From Methylorubrum extorquens (GTDB lineage Bacteria > Pseudomonadota > Alphaproteobacteria > Rhizobiales > Beijerinckiaceae), in contig LT962688.1 in the NCBI GenBank assembly GCA_900234795.1, forward strand, positions 2,430,001 to 2,462,000: 32,000 nucleotides of DNA. The letters run 5' to 3'. How positions within the stretch are numbered: the stretch's first letter is position 1; each line of letters begins with the position of its first letter. The notes under the pieces are model-generated. The model saw nothing but the letters and a program-made list of their open reading frames with translations. It searched no databases and was not told the DNA's origin. Positions 26,867 through 32,000 of the stretch are shown piece after piece. The translations under genes and the position numbers were made by a program.

Positions 26867-28201
26867 TCACGCATCCGCGTGACGATCCAGCGACAGAAGC
26901 GGGGATATGGTCCGAACAACCTCCGCCATCGACGGCCGCGCCCGCGGATCGGCCCCCCGGCAGGCCTGCTCCAGCGCGCGCCAATCGGCGATGCCGGCGG
27001 GTTCGGTCGCGCAATGGTCGAGCAACTCGCCGAGCAGGATACCCCAGGCGCGGGTCTCGATGCGCTGCCAGGCCGCGCCGGCCTCGCCGGGCGGCAGCAC
27101 GGAGGCGGCCCCGAAATCGCTCAGCACCGCCTCGCCCATGCCCCCATCCCACAAGGTATTGTGGCCGTAGAGGTCGCCGTGGAGCACGCCGCAGCCGTGA
27201 AGATGGGCAGTTGCCCGCGCCACGCCGGCCGCGATGCGCAGAGCCGTCTCCGGCGCCAGGGCGAAGTCCGGCGCGTAGACGTCGCGGCTGCAGCTTTCCA
27301 GGCTCGGCGATCCGGCCAGAACCCGCCAGCCCTCCGGGATCAGCGGCATCAGCAGCCCCTGCACCCCGTCCGGATGCCCCTCGATCCGCCCGAGCGCGCC
27401 GGTGAGGTGGGGATGCCGGCCGGCGGCGAGGCAGGCCGCCATCTCCTGTTCGGGCAGCCCGTCGCTGGTCATGCGGCCCTTGAACAGTTTCACCGCGACC
27501 GTCGCCTCCCCGTCCGGCCGACGCCACAAAGCCCGGTGGATCCGCCCCGAGGCGCCCTCGCCGAGACACGGGCCGAGCGCGAGCGCGTCCCAGGGCACCT
27601 GCGGCACGCGGGCCGGCGCCGGCTCGCCGTCGAGGGGATTGCCGGCCCAGGCGATCCAGGCGAGCCGCGGCAAAGCCGTCAGCCAAGCGGGCAGCGCGTC
27701 GAAGCGGTTGGCGGAGAGGCGCAGCAATTCGAGGCTTGGCGCGCCTTCGAGCGACGCGGGCAGCGCCTCCAGCCGGTTTCCCGCCAGCATCAGCTTCTGC
27801 AGGTGCGGGCGCCGGCCGAGGGCGTCCGGCAGGTGCGCGATCCGGTTGTCGGTCAGCGTGAGCCAACGCAGGGCCGGCGGCAGCGCCTCGCCCGGCACCT
27901 CCCGCAAGCCGGTGGCGCGAAACCCGACCTGACTCAGCGCCGGGCAATCCCCGAGGGCGGGCGGCAGACGCTCGAATCGGTTCCCCGAGCAGAACAAGAC
28001 GCGCAGCCGCTTGAGCCGGCCGATGTCATCCGGGAGTGCGGTGAGGCCGCAATCGCTGAGATCCAGCAGTTCCAGGGTATCGGCGAGGCCAAAAATTTCG
28101 GGCGGGAATTTTTTTAGGGTTCCGCTCAGGCGCAACTCCCGCGCTCCGGCGAGGTCGCCGCGGCGGAGGGCATGCAGCGTGGGGGGCGGTGGGGTGTTCA
28201 T
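26867..28201 (-). CDS. Leucine-rich-repeat / protein-kinase-like fusion protein (cytoplasmic)
   Basis: 444 aa with no signal peptide or TM segment. There are at least 7 tandem LRRs of about 23 aa (LELLDLSDCGLTALPDDIGRLKR, LRWLTLTDNRIAHLPDALGRRPH, LQKLMLAGNRLEALPASLEGAPS...). The kinase motifs are LGEGASGRI, VAVK, HGDLYGHN and SDFG. Confidence 0.8.
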   Translation of the reverse strand: MNTPPPPTLHALRRGDLAGARELRLSGTLKKFPPEIFGLADTLELLDLSDCGLTALPDDIGRLKRLRVLFCSGNRFERLPPALGDCPALSQVGFRATGLREVPGEALPPALRWLTLTDNRIAHLPDALGRRPHLQKLMLAGNRLEALPASLEGAPSLELLRLSANRFDALPAWLTALPRLAWIAWAGNPLDGEPAPARVPQVPWDALALGPCLGEGASGRIHRALWRRPDGEATVAVKLFKGRMTSDGLPEQEMAACLAAGRHPHLTGALGRIEGHPDGVQGLLMPLIPEGWRVLAGSPSLESCSRDVYAPDFALAPETALRIAAGVARATAHLHGCGVLHGDLYGHNTLWDGGMGEAVLSDFGAASVLPPGEAGAAWQRIETRAWGILLGELLDHCATEPAGIADWRALEQACRGADPRARPSMAEVVRTISPLLSLDRHADA

Positions 28202-28466
28202 GGGGGTCTCGCGGGGGCGCTCCCGCGGGGATGACCGCCGCGCGACCGAGGATCAACCCTCTGCGCGTGGGAGTGAGCGGCGAGCGGTCCGCCTGTTCGT
28301 CACCGGGCAACACCCGGGCTTGCGATTCGATGCCGAGAAAGACTTGTGCGCCTCGCACGCTCGCAATGCCCGCTTCAGCAACAAGGCGCGCAGCGAACAA
28401 CTGTCTTCGGGTGTGTTTCAGCTTGATTGAGGGGCGACTTGGCCGAACTCGAAAAAGCGAAATCTG

Positions 28467-28542
<76 letters not shown>

Positions 28543-28676
28543 GCACCCGGTTCGCGCGGGGCCGCCGTGGGGCGGGCCGGTTGCGCTCGGGGCGTGGGGC
28601 TCGCAATAGGGGGTCGGGCCGGGAGGGTCAACACGGCTTCCGCATGGTGCCAACCGCTGAGTCGATACGAAACCCG

Positions 28677-29744
28677 ATGACGAGAGCGAACCCGGCGGGG
28701 GCGCCGCCCGAATGGCGGCGCTTCGTCCTGCTGTTCCTGGCTGTGGCGGCGGTTCTCGGCGCCGTCTGCATCGGCTTCGTGGCCGCCCTCGACCCCTACG
28801 GGCTGCGGGCCGGGCCGGGCCGGGCGCAGGGGCCGCTCATGGATGGCAACCAGCGCTTCATGTACCCGCAGATCGCGCGCAGCGGCGCCTACGATGCGGC
28901 GGTGTTCGGCACCTCGACCCTGCGCCTGCTCGATCCGGCGGATCTCGGCCGCGCCTTCGGGGGGCGCTTCGCCAATTTGTCGATGAATGCGGCGACCCCC
29001 TACGAGCAGAGCGAATTAGCCCGGCTCTACCTGCGCCACGAGCGACCGAAAACGCTGCTGTTCGGCATCGACCCGACATGGTGCGAGCCGGATGCGGCCG
29101 AGCGCCGCCTGACCTTCCGCGCCTTTCCGGCGTGGCTCTACGGACGCATCACCCTGTGGGACGCGCTGCGGCAGGTGAACTGGCAGAGCCTCGGCACCGC
29201 TTTCGAGGGCGCGCTGCACCGGCTCGGGCTCGTGCGCGCGCGGCTTTCCGAGAACGGCTACGCGGTCTTCACCCCGCCCGAGGCGCTTTACGACGCGGCC
29301 CGCGCGCAGGCGCATATCCGTAGCGCAGCGGCGATCCAGGCCGCCGCCGAGGCCGCGCCGGGCTACCGGCCGACGCCCGCCGAGGCGCCGATGCCGGCGC
29401 TCGGCTGGCTCGACGCGCTCCTGGCGAAGGCCCCGCCCGAGACTCAGACGCTTCTGGTCTTCCCGCCCGTCCACGTCTCGCAACAGGCGGCGCCCGGCTC
29501 GCCCGCCGCGGCGCGGGAGGCCGCCTGCAAGGCGCAGGTGACGCGGATTGGTGCGGCCCATGGGGCGACCGTGGTCGATTTCCGCATCCCATCGCCGATC
29601 ACGACGCAGGACACGAATTACTGGGATCCGCTGCATTACCGGCTGCCGATCGCCGGCCGGATCGTGGCCGGTTTGAAGGCGGCGCAGGCGAGCGGGCGCG
29701 ACGATGCTGAGGGCACCTACCGGGTTCTGGCGCACGCGCCGTAG
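28677..29744 (+). CDS. Membrane-anchored hypothetical protein, possibly SGNH/DltD-like esterase or acyltransferase
   Basis: ATG 28677 (alternative 28644) gives an N-terminal TM anchor, WRRFVLLFLAVAAVLGAVCIGFVAAL. AVFGTSTLRLL could be an SGNH block I (G-x-S) and NYWDPLHY a block V (DxxH). Both assignments are by eye only. Confidence 0.5.
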   Translation: MTRANPAGAPPEWRRFVLLFLAVAAVLGAVCIGFVAALDPYGLRAGPGRAQGPLMDGNQRFMYPQIARSGAYDAAVFGTSTLRLLDPADLGRAFGGRFANLSMNAATPYEQSELARLYLRHERPKTLLFGIDPTWCEPDAAERRLTFRAFPAWLYGRITLWDALRQVNWQSLGTAFEGALHRLGLVRARLSENGYAVFTPPEALYDAARAQAHIRSAAAIQAAAEAAPGYRPTPAEAPMPALGWLDALLAKAPPETQTLLVFPPVHVSQQAAPGSPAAAREAACKAQVTRIGAAHGATVVDFRIPSPITTQDTNYWDPLHYRLPIAGRIVAGLKAAQASGRDDAEGTYRVLAHAP

Positions 29745-29797
29745 GCCGAAAATTCGATGAACCGCGCCGCGGAACGGGGGTTCTCCGTGGCGCATGA

Positions 29798-29834
29798 GTG
29801 GCTTGGTCCGTGTGGCTTGGTCCGTGTGGCTTGG
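29798..29834. repeat. 14-bp direct tandem repeat, 2.6 copies (GTGGCTTGGTCCGT)
   Basis: Copies at 29798-29811 and 29812-25 are identical, and 29826-29834 is a partial third copy. The repeat is intergenic, about 125 nt upstream of the small Cys-rich gene. Confidence 0.9.
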
Positions 29835-29959
29835 ACTGCCACGAGCCGGCCGTACTCTCGCCCGATCGGCAGGCTCTACACCCCGCGGCCCCTTCCGCTG
29901 CGCCTGCCTCGAAGGCAGGAGCGGACGGGGGCCGTCATATCGGAGTTGCAGAGAGTCCC

Positions 29960-30217
29960 ATGATCGCACGCACAGCCATCGCCCTGATGATCACCACGAG
30001 CGCGGCTCTGGCCGGCCCGGCGGCGACACCGGCGGGGGACCGCGACGCCCTGCGGCAGTACTGCACCGGGGATTACCTGAGCTATTGCGGCGAGTTCGCG
30101 CCGGACAGCACCGAGGTGCGCGCCTGCTTCAAGCAGAACAAGGCCAAGCTCTCGCCGGGCTGCCAGGCGGCCATCACCAGTTACAACAAGGCCCAGAAGC
30201 GCGCCGACCTGCGCTGA
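29960..30217 (+). CDS. Small secreted cysteine-rich protein
   Basis: ATG 29960 gives [18 protein letters not shown]|GPA, a signal peptide. The mature part of about 65 aa has four Cys in two Cx6-7C-like pairs (CTGDYLSYC and [13 protein letters not shown]). This resembles the short 'cysteine-rich repeat' periplasmic proteins of Rhizobiales. Confidence 0.55.
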   Translation: MIARTAIALMITTSAALAGPAATPAGDRDALRQYCTGDYLSYCGEFAPDSTEVRACFKQNKAKLSPGCQAAITSYNKAQKRADLR

Positions 30218-30229
30218 GACGAATGGCCG

Positions 30230-31383
30230 TCACGCCTTCGCGGCGGCCTCGGCCCGCGCCCAGCCGTCCTTGGTCTCGGCCACGAAATCCGCGAGCCGCC
30301 CGGCCGCGATCGCCGCGCGCATGCCGGCCATCAGCGCCTGATAATAGGCGAGGTTGTTCCAGGTCAGCAGCATCATCCCCAGGATCTCGTCGGACCGGAC
30401 GAGGTGGTGGAGATAGGCGCGTGAATAGTCCCGCGCCGCCGGGCAGTCCGAGGCCTCGTCCAGCGGCCGCGTGTCCTCGGCGTGGCGGGCGTTGCGCAGG
30501 TTGATCCGGCCGTGCCTCGTATAGGCGAGGCCGTGGCGGCCGGCGCGGGTCGGCATCACGCAATCGAACATGTCGATGCCGCGCATCACCGACTGCATCA
30601 GGTCGTCGGGGGGTGCCGACGCCCATGAGGTAGCGCGGCTTGCCGGCCGGCAGATGCGGCTCCACCGTCTCGATCATCGCCAGCATCACCGCCTGCGGCT
30701 CGCCGACGGCAAGCCCGCCGATGGCGTAGCCCTTGAGCCCGAGATCGGTCAGCGCCCGCGCGCTCTCGACGCGTAGTTCGGGCACGTCGCCGCCCTGGAC
30801 GATGCCGAACAGTGCCTTGCCGGGCTGCTCGCCGAAGGCGACGCGGCAGCGCTCGGCCCAGCGCAGGGGAGAGGTGCATCGCCTTCTCGATCTCCGGCCG
30901 CTCGGCCGGCAGGCGCACGCATTCGTCGAGCTGCATCTGGATGTCGGAGCCGAGCAGGCCCTGGATCTCGATCGAGCGCTCCGGGCTCATCCGGTGGGCG
31001 GTGCCGTCGATATGCGAACGGAAGGTCACGCCCTCTTCGTCGATCTTTCGCAGGGCCGACAGCGACATCACCTGGAAGCCGCCGGAATCGGTAAGGATCG
31101 GCCCGTCCCAGCGCATGAAGCGGTGGAGGCCGCCGAGCCGCGCCATCCGCTCGGCGCCGGGGCGCAGCATCAAGTGGTAGGTGTTGCCGAGCACCACGTC
31201 GGCGCCCAGATCGCGCACCTGCTCCGGATACATCGCCTTCACGGTCGCGGCGGTGCCCACCGGCATGAAGGCCGGCGTGCGGATTTTTCCGCGCGGCATG
31301 GCGATGTGGCCGGTGCGGGCCTGGCCGTCGGTGGCGGAGACCGTGAAGGAGAAGTCGGTCGGGGGATCGAGCGGTTCGGTCAT
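30230..31383 (-). pseudogene. tgt: Queuine tRNA-ribosyltransferase (Tgt), interrupted as sequenced by two +1 frameshifts that are probably sequencing artefacts
   Basis: The sequence has [61 protein letters not shown] and the Zn-site region. The frame changes at the plus-strand G4 run 30866-30869 (repaired: ...[33 protein letters not shown]...) and at the G6 run 30608-30613 (repaired: ...[24 protein letters not shown]...). Length check: 1154 nt minus 2 = 384 codons. Confidence 0.9.
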
Positions 31384-32000
31384 CGGTCCGGGGATGTGGG
31401 AGGCTCGGGGCGGGCGTGATAGCCCGGCGCGGCGTCGATCAGGAAACGCATCGCATCGAGGCCGGCCCGCATCGTCGCCTGCGACACCGCCTCCAAGTCA
31501 CCGAAACGGGCCGCGAGGGCGTCCTCGACCGCTTCGTGATAGGCCTTCGGGAGCAGGACCGTTAGGCGGCGTCCGGCCTCGGTCTTCGAGACGATCCGGC
31601 CGCTGGCGAGGGTCTCGATGATGCGGCCCACCCCCAGCACGCCCCATTCCAGGGCTCCCGCGTCGCAGGCGTCGTCGGGCGCCTTTCCGGCCAGCGCCGT
31701 CTCGTGATGCACGAGCCAGGGGCGCCAATGGGCTTCGAGGTGGGCGAGGCCGTAGGCGTGCAGCGTTGCATCATCATCGGCGATGTTCAGTGCGGCCGGC
31801 GTCGCCCCGAGGATCGGACGGCTGGACCGGGTAAGGCACCGCCAAGTGGCCGGATTCACCCCATGGCAGGGCTCGCCGCTGCGAAGCTGCCCGTCCACGC
31901 TGAAGGGCACGACGGCGCCGGGCTCCGGCGGGTGCCGCAGGGCCTCGATCGGTAGGTAGAAGCCGTCGAAATGCGGCCCGCCGGCCCGTGCCAGGGCGGC
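31380..32000 (-). CDS. Nucleotidyltransferase with AadA-like C-terminal (DUF4111-type) domain, C-terminal part; 5' end outside the window
   Basis: The frame is open from base 32000 ([24 protein letters not shown]...) to TGA 31382..31380. [47 protein letters not shown] parallels the ANT(3'')/AadA C-terminal helix bundle as I remember it. The stop overlaps the tgt start (ATGA). Confidence 0.55.
   Translation of the reverse strand, partial: AALARAGGPHFDGFYLPIEALRHPPEPGAVVPFSVDGQLRSGEPCHGVNPATWRCLTRSSRPILGATPAALNIADDDATLHAYGLAHLEAHWRPWLVHHETALAGKAPDDACDAGALEWGVLGVGRIIETLASGRIVSKTEAGRRLTVLLPKAYHEAVEDALAARFGDLEAVSQATMRAGLDAMRFLIDAAPGYHARPEPPTSPDR

Noticed and set aside
25149-27947. A 932-aa minus-strand ORF spanning both the CYTH-CHAD and LRR-kinase genes in another frame. 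Similar long shadow ORFs occur at 908..2170(-), 4819..6552(+), 6489..7502(+), 7949..8992(+), 8608..10017(-), 14916..17084(-), 20352..22526(+), 25265..26791(+) and 26879..28117(+).
   Set aside because: The translations are monotonous Arg/Ala/Gly/Pro strings with no recognisable motifs. Each overlaps a gene with clear family signatures. Long stop-free alternative frames are expected in DNA this GC-rich.
29798-29834. A CRISPR-like array.
   Set aside because: The units are only 14 bp and directly abutting, with no spacers, and there are fewer than 3 copies. No cas genes occur in the window.

Overview
This is a very GC-rich alphaproteobacterial chromosomal segment. Gene content and protein sequences look like Methylobacterium/Methylorubrum, but that assignment is inference only.

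I can support about 28 protein-coding genes (four of them frameshifted as sequenced), one tRNA-Lys(UUU), a few hairpins/terminators, one short tandem repeat and one ECF41-type promoter. I saw no rRNA, CRISPR array, transposase, integrase or phage gene.

Gene order:
- phoX (partial, +), glyS (+), LuxR-family regulator (+), ybaL-type antiporter (-), phaC (-), lipoprotein (+), class I/II aminotransferase (+), two small secreted proteins (+)
- a roughly 0.8 kb non-coding gap with an AT-rich core
- a three-gene block with atypical codon usage (+): unknown protein, tandem-GT2 glycosyltransferase, coiled-coil protein
- hppA (+), small secreted repeat protein (-)
- catalase-related protein, MRJP/yellow-family protein, non-haem chloroperoxidase-type hydrolase (all +)
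- membrane / 2Fe-2S / class III nucleotide cyclase fusion (-)
- cupin, CMD(AhpD-like), ECF41 sigma operon (+)
- CYTH (-), CYTH-CHAD (-), LRR-kinase fusion (-), tRNA-Lys (-)
- membrane-anchored SGNH-like protein (+), small Cys-rich secreted protein (+), tgt (-), AadA-like nucleotidyltransferase (partial, -)

Most interesting for follow-up:
1. The co-directional LRR-kinase / CYTH-CHAD / CYTH block next to tRNA-Lys.
2. The redox-type membrane-ferredoxin-cyclase fusion.
3. An ECF41 operon with a near-consensus ECF41 promoter.
4. The atypical-composition glycosyltransferase islet.
5. Seven (possibly eight) single-base insertions, all in G/C homopolymers, that break glyS, phaC, an aminotransferase and tgt. 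These are most likely sequencing artefacts.

None of the candidate 'systems' can be shown to be novel from sequence alone. All functional links between genes are inference.
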